From NCBI GenBank assembly GCA_036489735.1, contig DASXFF010000154.1:494-64493 (forward strand): a stretch of 64,000 nucleotides of DNA, given 5' to 3'. Source of the stretch: Terracidiphilus sp. (GTDB taxonomy: Bacteria > Acidobacteriota > Terriglobia > Terriglobales > Acidobacteriaceae). The notes beneath the pieces are model-generated. The model ran no database searches. It had not been told where the DNA came from and saw nothing but the letters and a program-made list of their open reading frames with translations. Positions 38,751 through 49,322 of the stretch are shown here, piece after piece (positions within the stretch are counted from its first letter, which is position 1; the number at the start of each line of letters is the position of its first letter). Both the position numbers and the translations under genes were made by a program.

Positions 38751-39317
38751 ATGCAACGAGAGCTCGCTGCGCTAACGCTTCTATTGCTTCTGGGGATGGT
38801 ATTGGGCCGATCCCTGCTCATGAAGCGGCGCGGGATTAAGGCAATCTACTTCGGCAACATCGATAAAAAAGATTTCCTGATTCCGCCGTTCGCCGTTTTC
38901 TATTTCTACATCGTGTTTGCCGCTGCGTTTGGTTTTCCGACGATCGCCAAACATCAGATCTTTCATTCCATCGCCATCTCCTCGGCCGGTGTGTGCTTTT
39001 GTCTGGCAGGTCTGGTTCTGGTTGTTTTGACTCTCGTATCCTTCGGCCGGAGCTTCCGAGTCGGCATCGATACCGATCACCCCGATAAACTTGTCACGAG
39101 CGGCGTGTTCGCATTCAGCCGTAATCCGATCTACCTGGCGTTTTGGCTTGTTTTGTTCGGCGAATTCCTGGTCTTCTCGAATCCGATCCTTCTCATCTAT
39201 TTCCTGGTCTCCATCTGGCTGATCCATCGTCAGGTTCTGCGTGAAGAAGATTTTCTGAGACAGCACTATGGCCGGGAATATCTGGAATACCGCGGTCTAG
39301 TGAGAAGGTACATTTAG
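38751..39317 (+). CDS. Isoprenylcysteine carboxylmethyltransferase/PEMT-family membrane protein
   Basis: LVTSGVFAFSRNPIY, EEDFLRQHYG.EY..Y...VRRY. Confidence 0.88.
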   Translation: MQRELAALTLLLLLGMVLGRSLLMKRRGIKAIYFGNIDKKDFLIPPFAVFYFYIVFAAAFGFPTIAKHQIFHSIAISSAGVCFCLAGLVLVVLTLVSFGRSFRVGIDTDHPDKLVTSGVFAFSRNPIYLAFWLVLFGEFLVFSNPILLIYFLVSIWLIHRQVLREEDFLRQHYGREYLEYRGLVRRYI

Positions 39318-39361
39318 ATCGTCGGCTCTCGAGACCACGGCGATTTTGACAGCAGCACTCC

Positions 39362-40609
39362 CTATCTGGGAGACGGAATACGGACCAGCAGAATGTCGTG
39401 GCTCGCGATTTCCAGCGGCGTGTCGTGGGTCAACGTCATCTGCCTCCCGGTCCAAAGGTCTTTTCCGGTTTGCGGGCCGTGCAGACCGAGCCGAGCCAGG
39501 CTCAGGTAAAACGGATGCGTGGAATAACGGTCCGACCCGGCGTTGACAATCGCGATGGCCATGGCCCCGCCCGCGAGTTGACGGGTCCAAACGTCCACCT
39601 CGCCCTCCGAATAGGCGCGAGTAGCCTCACGTCCCAGGCGATCCTGATCGATGGCGATTACATCGCGATTGGTAAGGATGCCGCGAATCTCAGGCGTCAT
39701 CTGCGGTAGATCGTTTCCGGCGAGTAGCGGCGCAGCCAGCATGGCCCACATGGAGAAATGCGTGCGATTTTCCGCCGGCGAGAGCCTTCCGTTGCCCACT
39801 TCGAGCATGTCGGGATCGTTCCAGTGGCCCGGCGCGGCAAACTTTGCCAATCCCGCCTGTTGATTCAAGATCGAATAAATGCTGTTCCAGTTGGGCTGAA
39901 TGTCGCCCGTGGTGCGCCACAAATTGGCGCCTGCCTTCGGACCCCACTCCCACACCGCGTCCCATCCGTACTGGCAAAGCGAGTAGATGATGGGACGGCC
40001 GGTGTTCTTCAACGCCTTGTCCATCTTTTCGTAGGCCGCAATCATCATGCGCATCTGCGCGGCCTTGTCGGTGGGCGCCTGCGCCTGCATCACGGCGGGA
40101 ATGAAGCTGCACAAGTCGTACTTCAGGTAGTCGACGCCCCATGAAGCGTAGAGCTGCGCGTCCTGAGCCTCATGATCAAGCGAGCCGGGAAAGCCCGCAC
40201 AGGTCTTTGGCCCCGGCGACGAATAAATGCCAAGCTTGAGCCCCTTCGAGTGCACATAGTCGGCAAGGGCCTTCATGTCGGGAAATTTTGCATTCGAATG
40301 AAGCACGCCATTGGCGTCGCGTTCGCCCTCCCACGTGTCGTCGATATTTACGTAAACGTACCCCGCGTCTTTCATGCCGCTGGCCACCAGCTCGTCGACG
40401 GCATTGCGAATGTCCTGGTCGGTCACGCGGCCAGCGAAGAAATTCCAGCTGTTCCAGCCCATGGGCGGCGTCAGCGCCACCAACTGCGACCCCTGCGGTG
40501 GGGCGGGGCTTTGGGTGGAATTCACTTCAGGTCCCGCCCCGGTTTGTCCCGCAGCAACCAGTGATCCAACGACAAAAAGGCAACTCGGCAAAATTTGGAA
40601 TTTACGCAA
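39362..40609 (-). CDS. GH27 alpha-galactosidase
   Basis: PPMGWNSWN, NIDDTW, VDYLKYD, WRTTGD, WNDPDMLEVG. Confidence 0.94.
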   Translation of the reverse strand: MRKFQILPSCLFVVGSLVAAGQTGAGPEVNSTQSPAPPQGSQLVALTPPMGWNSWNFFAGRVTDQDIRNAVDELVASGMKDAGYVYVNIDDTWEGERDANGVLHSNAKFPDMKALADYVHSKGLKLGIYSSPGPKTCAGFPGSLDHEAQDAQLYASWGVDYLKYDLCSFIPAVMQAQAPTDKAAQMRMMIAAYEKMDKALKNTGRPIIYSLCQYGWDAVWEWGPKAGANLWRTTGDIQPNWNSIYSILNQQAGLAKFAAPGHWNDPDMLEVGNGRLSPAENRTHFSMWAMLAAPLLAGNDLPQMTPEIRGILTNRDVIAIDQDRLGREATRAYSEGEVDVWTRQLAGGAMAIAIVNAGSDRYSTHPFYLSLARLGLHGPQTGKDLWTGRQMTLTHDTPLEIASHDILLVRIPSPR

Positions 40610-40739
40610 GGCAAGTCTCTCCTGAAAACCTTTTCACGGCCATCCTACCTTGCCCATCCAGACTTCAACAACGGCCGGATCTCCAATCTTCAGCAGGCGG
40701 CGAATCCCTCGCCGCGGAAAGTACGAGATACTTGAAGCA

Positions 40740-41522
40740 ATGCCATTTACGCTCTCCCACGCAGCGGCCGTGTGGCCGTTTCAAAGAACGCGGCTTGTGC
40801 TGTCGGCTCTCCTCATCGGGTCTTTCGCGCCCGATTTCGCCTATTTTTTCTTCGTCAACAGGAGCGGGCGCTTTGCTCACACCTTGGAAGGCGCGATTGT
40901 GATCGATTTGCCGCTCAGCCTGATCGTGCTTTGGCTGTTTCAATCTTTCATCAAGCAGCCGGCCACGCAACTCCTTCCTCGGGGGTTTCGCGCCCGCCTC
41001 AAACCCGAAGGAAATCGTTTCGCGTTCTGGCCGCCGCGGCGCCTGGCGTTGATCGTGGTCTCAATCCTCATTGGAACGGCCACGCACATTTTTTGGGACT
41101 CGTTCACGCATCCCTTCTATTGGCCGTATCGGCATTTGAGCTTCCTAAACCGAATGGTGTACCTGCCGATTCAGGGAGAAGTTCAGATGTACAAGGCGCT
41201 GCAAACAGGCAGCACGCTGTTCGGCCTGGCGGTTGTTGCCGTCTGGATTGCTCTCTGGTACCGCTCTACCAAGCCGGTCGAATCGCAGGCCGGCGAGCCC
41301 TACTCGAAGGGTCAAATTCTCGTCATCACCATCGCCGTGCCCTTGCTGGCCTTTGCTCTCGCACTCATCAAGGCTTATGAGGACCAGGGTATTCCGGTCA
41401 TTGAATTTCGCCCCGTCCTGCACTTCGCATTGGCCGCTGCAATCGCAACCATCACTTTTTCAGGGATTGGGCTGCTTATCTGCGGCGCCTTCTTTCGTAC
41501 CCGAGTTTCTGAGCCGGCGTAA
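40740..41522 (+). CDS. DUF4184-family membrane protein
   Basis: MPFTLSHAAAV, GSFAPD, THIFWDSFTH. Confidence 0.85.
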   Translation: MPFTLSHAAAVWPFQRTRLVLSALLIGSFAPDFAYFFFVNRSGRFAHTLEGAIVIDLPLSLIVLWLFQSFIKQPATQLLPRGFRARLKPEGNRFAFWPPRRLALIVVSILIGTATHIFWDSFTHPFYWPYRHLSFLNRMVYLPIQGEVQMYKALQTGSTLFGLAVVAVWIALWYRSTKPVESQAGEPYSKGQILVITIAVPLLAFALALIKAYEDQGIPVIEFRPVLHFALAAAIATITFSGIGLLICGAFFRTRVSEPA

Positions 41523-41548
41523 ACCCGCCGCAAAAACGGCCCCGCATA

Positions 41549-42394
41549 TCACGGCTGCTTGCCTGGAGTTTCCTTCTCTTTCGGCCCCAGCAGAACTTGC
41601 AGGCCGACATAGGCAATCCAGCTTGGTTCTCCATTGGTGCGCGTTACCGCCTGGATGGCGCGCCCGCCCATAAACAGAAGCCGGAAATGTCCGGATTGAC
41701 CGAGCGTCTGGCGCCCGCCAAGGTCGACCGTGAGCGAACGCTGTTTCGGCTGGTCACCGATCCGATTGATGGCCTGCAGGTCATAGAGCTCCCCGTAGAT
41801 CTCGGTGCGATCGTTGAACTCGTGCCCCGCGATGAGGCCGCGTCCCCACTGGTCGGGCATGTTTTTGTTTCCGATCCATCGGCCCACTTCTCCATTAAGC
41901 GAAAGCCATCCCAGCTGCGCTGTCGCTTCAACCGGAAGATAGTATTGCGGGCCGGGCTGAACGATGCCGCGCCGCACGGAACTGGTGGGATTGTTGATCA
42001 TGACTTGCGGGTAGGTGCCAAGTGAGAACAGCAGATTCGCATCTGTTTTGGGCTCCCCGGCGCGATGGTATTCAAAATAGCGCCACTTGATGCCGGGGTA
42101 AGATTCGCCGAGCCCCACGCCGGTGGAGTTATTGGCGTCGGTTCCCGCGGCCAGCGAAAGCTCATATTTCAGCTGAATGCGATCGCCCCAGCCGTAATTC
42201 AGGTCAACATCGGGAATCTCGTAGTAAGACTGGCCGGGATTGTGATTGGCGATCCAGCCGAAGTTAATCTCCCAATGGTGATTGCCCGGCGTGCCCGGAT
42301 CGTCGGTAATGAAGGGCGGGCCGCCCTGCGCGCGAGCCAGTGCTGCGAACACAAATGGCGCGAACAGCAAAAGAATCAGGAGCAGGCGGCGCAT
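41549..42394 (-). CDS. Hypothetical exported protein, probable outer-membrane beta-barrel
   Basis: Signal peptide, GGPPFITDDPGTP, alternating aromatic strands ending YVGLQ. Confidence 0.65.
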   Translation of the reverse strand: MRRLLLILLLFAPFVFAALARAQGGPPFITDDPGTPGNHHWEINFGWIANHNPGQSYYEIPDVDLNYGWGDRIQLKYELSLAAGTDANNSTGVGLGESYPGIKWRYFEYHRAGEPKTDANLLFSLGTYPQVMINNPTSSVRRGIVQPGPQYYLPVEATAQLGWLSLNGEVGRWIGNKNMPDQWGRGLIAGHEFNDRTEIYGELYDLQAINRIGDQPKQRSLTVDLGGRQTLGQSGHFRLLFMGGRAIQAVTRTNGEPSWIAYVGLQVLLGPKEKETPGKQP

Positions 42395-42663
42395 CGGCCG
42401 GGCGTAGAGATTTTGCAAAATCGTATTCAAGGCAATCGCGGGCGGGTCCAAATCAAAGTTAGCACCAGCCTTCCACGGAGCGCGAAATCGCCCGGTCCGC
42501 CGCGTCCCGATCGGCCACCGATTTTCTTTCCGGCGGCACTCATCGACGCAGATTCACACCGAAGGTGGCCATCCCAGACGGCCTGCTCGGTCCGGCAAGC
42601 TGACGTATAAAGGCCAATGCGAGGCGCCCTGCATCGTGACGGCGCCGGCGCAAGTGATATACC

Positions 42664-42701
42664 TTGACCTTCTACACATAGAGGGTGTATATATGTAGAA
42701 G
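42664..42701 (+). promoter_or_regulatory. Sigma70-like promoter overlapped by an inverted repeat (candidate PadR operator)
   Basis: TTGACC 42664, TATATA 42688; CTTCTACA (42669)/TGTAGAAG (42694) arms. Confidence 0.6.
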
Positions 42702-42709
42702 TGATAGGT

Positions 42710-43060
42710 ATGAAGAAGACTGACGACAGGTTCGACCTCCCGCAGGGCACGCTCGACCTCCTTATCATGAGGGTCGTCGCCCTTGGCCCCATTCACGGCT
42801 ATGCCATCGCGCAGAGAATTCAGCAGATGTCGCGCGATGCACTCCAGGTTCAGCAGGGATCTCTCTATCCGGCGCTTCATCGGCTCGAGTACAAAAGGTT
42901 CCTCGCCTCGCGCTGGAAGCCCTCAGAGACAGGTCGTGAGGCCAAATTTTACGAACTCACTGCCACGGGCCGAGCCCACTTGAAGGCCGAAACCGAAAGC
43001 TGGTCGCGCCTCATCGACGTAGTAAGTCTCATTCTCAAGGGGACGCTGGAGGGAATCTGA
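42710..43060 (+). CDS. PadR-family transcriptional regulator (acidobacterial type)
   Basis: QGTLDLLI...HGYAIAQRI...GSLYPALHRLE. Confidence 0.92.
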   Translation: MKKTDDRFDLPQGTLDLLIMRVVALGPIHGYAIAQRIQQMSRDALQVQQGSLYPALHRLEYKRFLASRWKPSETGREAKFYELTATGRAHLKAETESWSRLIDVVSLILKGTLEGI

Positions 43061-45801
43061 TGAGCTGGGTGCGCAGGCTTTTCACTCGCAAACAAATGGA
43101 AGCTGAACTGGACAAAGAGCTGCGCTTCCACTTTGAATCTCAGGTCGCAGATAAGATTCGCTCCGGCGTTCCCGAGAGTGAGGCCCGTCGGCTCACGCGA
43201 ATCGAGTTCGGCGGGATCGAGCAGATTAAGGAAGACTGCCGAGAGCGTCGCGGAACCATGTGGATCGAGTCGATTCTGCAGGATGTTCGCTATGCGCTTC
43301 GCCAGTTAGGAAAAACGCCCGTCTTCACAACGACGGTGCTGCTGACGCTCGTCTTGGGCATCGGAGCCAACTCCGCGATCTTTACGCTGGTGAATGCAAT
43401 TCTCCAGAAGAATCTGCCCGTCGCCGATCCTGGTAATTTGGTGCGTCTCGGCGATGCCAACGATTGCTGTGTGGGAACGTTTATCCCAGACAGTGGCAGT
43501 GTCTCTTATTTCTCCACAGACGACTACGAGCAACTGAAGAAGAACACGCCGGAGTTCGAAGAACTGGCGGCAATGCAGGCCGGTTTTGGCGCCCGGCCGG
43601 TGACTGCGCGTCGCGGCGGAACAGATGAGATGGCGCGCTCGGTAATGGGTGAGTTCGTCTCCGGCAATTATTTTCGCACTTTCGGACTGCAGCCCGAAGC
43701 CGGCCGGCTGTTCATCGATGCTGACGACGAGCCGGGCGCACCGATGGTCGCGGTAATGAGCTATGAGACCTGGCGGCATATCTACGGCGGCGATCCTTCG
43801 GTCGTGGGCAGCACATTCCTGGTGAATACCAAGCCGGTCACTATCGTTGGAATCGCTCCGCGCGGATTCTATGGCGATCGGTTATTCCCGAATCCACCGG
43901 AGTTCTACCTACCCGTCGAAACCATGCCAGTGCTGGCGAACGTCACCTATGTTCATAACCCCGATCAGCAGTGGCTTTACATCATCGGGCGCTTGAAACC
44001 AGGTGTGGCGATACTTCCGTTGCAGGACAAGTTGAGTAGTCTGTTGCGCCAGGTGTTTGCTGCACGAAAGAAATTCACGTCCACGAGTGACCAACTGTTT
44101 CTTTCTAAAATCCATATAGCGATCACGCCGGGTGAAGAGGGAATCCAGGCAATGCAGGAGTGGTTTGGATCGCAACTGCATCTCCTAATGTGGGTCGCGT
44201 GCCTGGTGCTCTTGATTGCCTGCGCTAACATTGCGAATCTTTTGCTCGTGCGCGGGATGGGACGTCGGGCAGAGATGTCGGTGCGGACGGCCCTGGGTGC
44301 TGTACGCGGAAGGATTGTAAGGCAGCTGCTGACCGAGAGTCTCCTGTTGGCAGGGCTAGGCGGAATTGCCGGGCTGGCTGTCTCTTACGCAGGCACGCGA
44401 ATGCTGCTAATGCTTGCCCTGCCAGGCGCGAAAAACGTCCCGATCGAAGCTCATCCCTCACTGCCGGTATTGGCTTTTGCGATGGGACTTTCTCTGCTGA
44501 CCGGAGTTCTGTTCGGCGTGGCGCCGGCATGGATCGCGGCACAGGCGCGGCCTGCCGATGCGTTGCGGACCGGCTCGAGGACTTCGGGAGCGGGAGCATC
44601 CCTGCTACAGCGTGGGCTGGTCGTGCTCCAGGTGGGTCTTTCCTTGGTTTTGCTGGTGGGTGCCGCGCTGTTCCTCGAGAGCCTTACGAAACTCGAAGGA
44701 ACAGATCTGAGATTGAATTCGAAGAACCGGTATATTGTGCACATTAATCCCCAGACAGGGGGCTACGTCCAGACGCAGTTGGAAGCGCTCTATCGCACGC
44801 TGGAAGAGCGATTTCACGCTGTGCCGGGTGTGACCAAAGTCGGGATCGCCTCTTACACGCCGATGGAAAACGACAACAATGGCTGGGACGTCTTCGTACA
44901 GGGACAGCCGTACCTGGATGTTGAGGCGTCCCGTATACGGATGAATGCGGAATACTTCGAATCCGTGGGTACGCATGTGGTGATGGGCCGCGGGATCGGC
45001 GTGCGTGACACAGCAACCGCTCCCACCGTAGCGGTAGTGAACGAGGCATTTGTCAAGAAGTTGTTTAAGCCGGGTGAGAGTCCGATCGGCCGTCACTTCG
45101 GCATACGGGGGCCGACTTCGAGCGGGGATTGGGAAATCGTCGGTGTGGCAGAAGATACGGCCTACACCAACGCGCGGTGGAAGGACCACGCAATGTTCTT
45201 TATCCCATTGATGCAGCGGGAGCCAAGCTTAAAAGAACCGATCGACAAAGATGAATCCCTCTACGCGGGCGCGATTGTGCTCGAGACCGACAGGCCGATG
45301 GACGAGATGGAAGAAGTGGCCCGGAGAACGCTTGCTGGCATCAATCCGAATCTCACCGTGGTGAAGTTTCAAACCTTCGAAGATCAGATCGCAGACCGAT
45401 TTAGCGGAGAAAGAATGATCTCCCGGCTGACCTTGCTCTTTGGCGGTCTGGCGCTGCTGCTGGCGTCGATTGGCCTCTATGGCGTGACTGCGTATTCCGT
45501 AGCAAGGCGCGTACCGGAAATCGGCATCCGCATGGCACTCGGCGCTGAGCGCGGCGGAGTTGTCGCAATGATCTTGCGTGGCGCCTTGATTCAAACAGTG
45601 CTTGGGCTCGCCATTGGGATTCCGGTGGCGCTGCTAAGCGTCAAGTTCCTGAGGTCGCAGCTATACGAGATCACAACTGCAGACTCACGAGTGATGATCA
45701 GCGCCATTGTGACACTTGTGGCCGCGGCGTTCATCGCCATTATCGTTCCAGCGCGCCGCGCCGCATCCATCGACCCTGTCCAGGCACTGAGAATGGAATA
45801 A
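43060..45801 (+). CDS. Duplicated MacB/FtsX-type ABC permease (acidobacterial orphan permease)
   Basis: ELDKELRFH prefix, LGIGANSAIF, LLIACANIANLLL, EIGIRMALGA, DPVQALRME. Confidence 0.92.
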   Translation: MSWVRRLFTRKQMEAELDKELRFHFESQVADKIRSGVPESEARRLTRIEFGGIEQIKEDCRERRGTMWIESILQDVRYALRQLGKTPVFTTTVLLTLVLGIGANSAIFTLVNAILQKNLPVADPGNLVRLGDANDCCVGTFIPDSGSVSYFSTDDYEQLKKNTPEFEELAAMQAGFGARPVTARRGGTDEMARSVMGEFVSGNYFRTFGLQPEAGRLFIDADDEPGAPMVAVMSYETWRHIYGGDPSVVGSTFLVNTKPVTIVGIAPRGFYGDRLFPNPPEFYLPVETMPVLANVTYVHNPDQQWLYIIGRLKPGVAILPLQDKLSSLLRQVFAARKKFTSTSDQLFLSKIHIAITPGEEGIQAMQEWFGSQLHLLMWVACLVLLIACANIANLLLVRGMGRRAEMSVRTALGAVRGRIVRQLLTESLLLAGLGGIAGLAVSYAGTRMLLMLALPGAKNVPIEAHPSLPVLAFAMGLSLLTGVLFGVAPAWIAAQARPADALRTGSRTSGAGASLLQRGLVVLQVGLSLVLLVGAALFLESLTKLEGTDLRLNSKNRYIVHINPQTGGYVQTQLEALYRTLEERFHAVPGVTKVGIASYTPMENDNNGWDVFVQGQPYLDVEASRIRMNAEYFESVGTHVVMGRGIGVRDTATAPTVAVVNEAFVKKLFKPGESPIGRHFGIRGPTSSGDWEIVGVAEDTAYTNARWKDHAMFFIPLMQREPSLKEPIDKDESLYAGAIVLETDRPMDEMEEVARRTLAGINPNLTVVKFQTFEDQIADRFSGERMISRLTLLFGGLALLLASIGLYGVTAYSVARRVPEIGIRMALGAERGGVVAMILRGALIQTVLGLAIGIPVALLSVKFLRSQLYEITTADSRVMISAIVTLVAAAFIAIIVPARRAASIDPVQALRME

Positions 45802-45948
45802 GTCTGATCGAGTGAAAGCCTGAAAGGCACGACGATTGAGGATTTTGCAGTGTAGCGCTAACTGCTGAACGTCGGATTTGTCACGATTAGGGCTAAATCG
45901 CCACGGGTCCATGCGCCGGACGGCCTGCCTCTGCGATACTTGTTTGTT

Positions 45949-46530
45949 ATGCCCATTGACGACCTGCAACAGGCTGCCCAAAAAATTGCCGGATTCCTGA
46001 ATACCCTGAACAAGTTGGGCGGGCTGCGCCTCAAGTACCGCATCAGCGCATCGGATGGCGCCGGCGAGGGCGAAGCTGCTGCGCCGCGCCAAATCTCAGT
46101 CGAGCTGGCCGGCCCCGACGTGCCGCTGGTTATCCAGCACAATGGCGAGTTGCTCCGCGCGCTGGAGACCCTGGCTGCGCAGATGCTGCGCCTCGACCAT
46201 CACGAGCACCACATGGTCAGCTTTGACGCCGGCAACTTCAAGGCTCTGCGCGCCGAGGAGCTGCGCCTGGCCGCCGAAGCTGCTGCGGAAAAGGTTCGCC
46301 ACACCGGAGTTCCCTACAGTTTTCCGCCCATGAACAGTCGCGAGCGGCGCATGTTGCACATGGTTTGCCGGTCGCTACAGGGCGTTGAGACCGCCAGCGT
46401 CGGTGAAGGCTCAAACCGCTTCCTCGTCGTTTATCCCGAGGGCAAGACCGATTTGCCAGTCGCGCCGCAACTGCCCCCACGCGGATATGGACGCGATAGA
46501 GGCGGATCGGGACGCGATCGAAGAAGGTAG
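45949..46530 (+). CDS. Jag/EloR-like KH plus R3H RNA-binding protein
   Basis: GELLRALE, PPMNSRERRMLH (R3H), TASVGEG..R. Confidence 0.85.
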   Translation: MPIDDLQQAAQKIAGFLNTLNKLGGLRLKYRISASDGAGEGEAAAPRQISVELAGPDVPLVIQHNGELLRALETLAAQMLRLDHHEHHMVSFDAGNFKALRAEELRLAAEAAAEKVRHTGVPYSFPPMNSRERRMLHMVCRSLQGVETASVGEGSNRFLVVYPEGKTDLPVAPQLPPRGYGRDRGGSGRDRRR

Positions 46531-46607
46531 CCCGGAGCCAGAAACGCACTTCGCCCAGCGCTTCGCTCCGGATGAAAGAACCAGATAGCTTTGCCACAAT
46601 CCAAGCT

Positions 46608-47687
46608 ATGAAGAAACTGCTCCTCGCGCTTATTGCATTCGCCTGCGTCGCCATCTGCTTTGCGCAAAAGCGGCTGGTCCTCGTCGATCAGGACGGCGCC
46701 GGGCCCGGCGGATCGGACCAGATGTCGATGCTTGCGCTCCTGCAGTCGCCGGAGGTGCAAGTGCTGGGCATCACGATGGTCACCGGCGACGCATGGCGCG
46801 ACGAAGAGACTCTGCACACTCTCCGCATGCTCGAGCTTACCGGCCACACCGATGTTCCCGTCGTCCGTGGTGCGGTTCTTCCCCTTGTGCGCAATCAGGA
46901 ACAAACACACCTTGACGAGGCGACCAACGGCAAGGCTCCGTGGCTGGGCGCATGGGGCGGCGTGGTCGCAACCGCGCCCGAGAACGCCAGGGAAGAATCG
47001 CACGGCCCCTACGAAATCCCACCTATGCCAGAGGGCCAGCCCACCACCAAGCCGCTCGATGAAGACGCCGCGCATTTCCTCATCCGCCAGGTACATGCGC
47101 ATCCCCACCAGGTCACGATCTACGCCGCCGGGCCGCTCACCAATATCGCGCTGGCCATCTCCATCGATCCGGAGTTTGCCTCTCTGACCAAAGGCATCGT
47201 GATCATGGGGGGCAGCCTCAATCCGCAGACCAGCGATATCGAGACCTCAGACCCGCGGCATGAATTCAATTTCTGGTTCGATCCCGAGGCCGCGCACATC
47301 GTTCTCCATGCCGACTGGCCGCGCGTTGACGTCACCACCGAAGATATTTCCGTCAAGGCTCCATTCACACAGGAAATGCTGGATGCGATTTCGAAATCGC
47401 AAACGCCAACCGCCCGCTACATCGCTGCCTGGAGCCAGCGGCGCACGCCGATGTGGGATGAGCTCGAAGCCTGCGCCTGGATCGATCCCGCGATCATCAC
47501 GAAGGAAGTGGACGTCTACATGGATGTCGACCTGAGCCATGGGCCGAGCTATGGCGAAACGCTCGCATGGCCGGAAGTGCTGAAGCCCACCAACGGAGTG
47601 CGGCTTGTTCACGCACAAATGGACTTGGATTTACCCCGCTTCCAGAAAGATTTTGTCGACCTGATGACGCGGCCTGATCCAAAATAG
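46608..47687 (+). CDS. Nucleoside hydrolase with signal peptide
   Basis: VLVDQD..GSD, ITMVTGD, AGPLTNIA, IMGG, EFNFWFDPEAA. Confidence 0.88.
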   Translation: MKKLLLALIAFACVAICFAQKRLVLVDQDGAGPGGSDQMSMLALLQSPEVQVLGITMVTGDAWRDEETLHTLRMLELTGHTDVPVVRGAVLPLVRNQEQTHLDEATNGKAPWLGAWGGVVATAPENAREESHGPYEIPPMPEGQPTTKPLDEDAAHFLIRQVHAHPHQVTIYAAGPLTNIALAISIDPEFASLTKGIVIMGGSLNPQTSDIETSDPRHEFNFWFDPEAAHIVLHADWPRVDVTTEDISVKAPFTQEMLDAISKSQTPTARYIAAWSQRRTPMWDELEACAWIDPAIITKEVDVYMDVDLSHGPSYGETLAWPEVLKPTNGVRLVHAQMDLDLPRFQKDFVDLMTRPDPK

Positions 47688-47715
47688 GGGATCTGCTGCC
47701 AGCTTTTGGAGGTGC

Positions 47716-48111
47716 ATGGTGACGCAAGCATCGATTCTTGGACACTCGAGGCTCGTGGCATTTGCTGCCACAAGAGATCCCGCCAAAGCGCGCGCGTTCT
47801 ACGAGGGCATTCTGGGACTCAAGCTCGTTGAGGATCAGCAGCCATTCGCGCTCGTCTTCGACGCCAATGGAACCATGCTCCGGGTCACGGTGGTAAGCGA
47901 ATTCAATCCCGCGCCATTCACGGTGCTGGGCTGGGGCGTGACCTCAATCGACGAAACGGTGGAGCGGCTGACGGCGAAGGGAGTCGAGTTTCAGCGCTAC
48001 CCCGGAATGAACGACAGCGATCCGAACGGAATCTGGACGGCGCCGAGCGGGGCCCGGATTGCATGGTTCAAAGATCCCGATGGAAATGTCTTGAGCGTGA
48101 CGCAGTTTTAG
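47716..48111 (+). CDS. VOC/glyoxalase-family protein
   Basis: ARAFYEGILGL, AWFKDPDGNVLS. Confidence 0.9.
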   Translation: MVTQASILGHSRLVAFAATRDPAKARAFYEGILGLKLVEDQQPFALVFDANGTMLRVTVVSEFNPAPFTVLGWGVTSIDETVERLTAKGVEFQRYPGMNDSDPNGIWTAPSGARIAWFKDPDGNVLSVTQF

Positions 48112-48131
48112 ATTGATCGCGCTAAATCGCG

Positions 48132-48689
48132 TTAATCGGACTTCCCGCTTTGATCGCCGTCGAGATGCTTGTACTTGATAATCGTCTCATTCAATCGATC
48201 GGCATCCACTGAAACCTGAACCACGTTCAGTTCCTTGCCCTGCAGATCGAGAACGAAAAGCCCCATGCGCTTGCCCTCGGGGTGCGAGAAAATGAGCGTC
48301 TGCTCGTTGCCGTGACGGCTCGTCTCGCGAATCATCCGCTCCCATCCCTCGCCGAGCTTTTCTTCCGTCATGCGATTGAGTTCGTCGCCGTCCACGGATT
48401 CTGAGAATTGCTCGAACACCGCCACGTGGATGCCCCCAACCCCGCCGTGTGTGGCTGCCCCGGCAACTACGCTGGCCAGGCCCATCAGCGGAACGCGCAT
48501 GGCATGCGCATGATATCGGCTCTCGATCGAGTTGACGACGCCATCGAATCCGCCTTCGCCGCCCGCCGCATGTGCCACCCATGGCAGAATCACGACGATA
48601 CAAAGTACCGCGCAACTCAGTGGAATCCAGAAGTGCCGATTCCAGGCGCGCCAATTCCCCTTGCGCTGGTTTCCCAAAGGCTCACTCAT
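48132..48689 (-). CDS. Hypothetical exported protein, last gene of the ECF sigma operon
   Basis: N-terminal TM/signal; ATGA overlap with upstream gene. Confidence 0.72.
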   Translation of the reverse strand: MSEPLGNQRKGNWRAWNRHFWIPLSCAVLCIVVILPWVAHAAGGEGGFDGVVNSIESRYHAHAMRVPLMGLASVVAGAATHGGVGGIHVAVFEQFSESVDGDELNRMTEEKLGEGWERMIRETSRHGNEQTLIFSHPEGKRMGLFVLDLQGKELNVVQVSVDADRLNETIIKYKHLDGDQSGKSD

Positions 48690-49291
48690 TGCTCGCCGCC
48701 CTTCTTCTGCTTTTCACCTTCTTTGTCCTTCGGGACCTTGCTCCTCGGGCCCATATCCACGTTGCCCAGCGCGCTCAGTCCGCTTATTCCCCTCAGCTCA
48801 CCCAGCTGGTCAACGCGAATGGGCCCCATAATCAGCACGATCGTCAATTCCTTGGGCTCGGCCGACAGAACAAAAATTCCGTGCGGTTCCCCGTTCACCA
48901 GCTTCATCATCACGTCCGTGCTCTCCGCGCCATTGTGTCCGCGCTCGTGCACGATTGGTGACCACTCAGGTGTCGCCACGGCCTGGCGCAGCTTTTCGAT
49001 TTCATCCATCGAATACGCGCCTTCTTTGTCGAAGGAGTAATCGCGCACGTAAATGCTGTCGAGGCCTTCGATCAGTTGCTTCACGGCCTCTTGGTCCTTG
49101 TCATTCTTGTCCATGATTTTTGCGGCAAAGTTCAGCATGTCCTTGCCCAGCGTCACCTCAGTCACATCCGACGCGCGCGCGGCCAGTTCCTTTTCGACCG
49201 GCGCCGGCAGCGTCAGCGGCGATGTTTGGGCCAAAGCCGGCGCTGCCAGCGAGGCGACTCCCAGAATGATTGCAGCAATACGATGCTTCAT
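48686..49291 (-). CDS. DUF4252-like exported protein
   Basis: Signal peptide; VTEVTL.K.ML, ELTIVLIMGPI...L..L pattern; AAGGAG RBS. Confidence 0.75.
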   Translation of the reverse strand: MKHRIAAIILGVASLAAPALAQTSPLTLPAPVEKELAARASDVTEVTLGKDMLNFAAKIMDKNDKDQEAVKQLIEGLDSIYVRDYSFDKEGAYSMDEIEKLRQAVATPEWSPIVHERGHNGAESTDVMMKLVNGEPHGIFVLSAEPKELTIVLIMGPIRVDQLGELRGISGLSALGNVDMGPRSKVPKDKEGEKQKKGGEQ

Positions 49292-49322
49292 GATCGATTC
49301 TCCTTGTCGTTCCAAATTTCTG

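Noticed and set aside
42486-45930. Possible direct repeats flanking the PadR-permease pair (AAATCGCC..GGTCC, GACGGCCTGC)
   Set aside because: Matches are at most 10 bp, gapped and GC-rich, which is compatible with chance.
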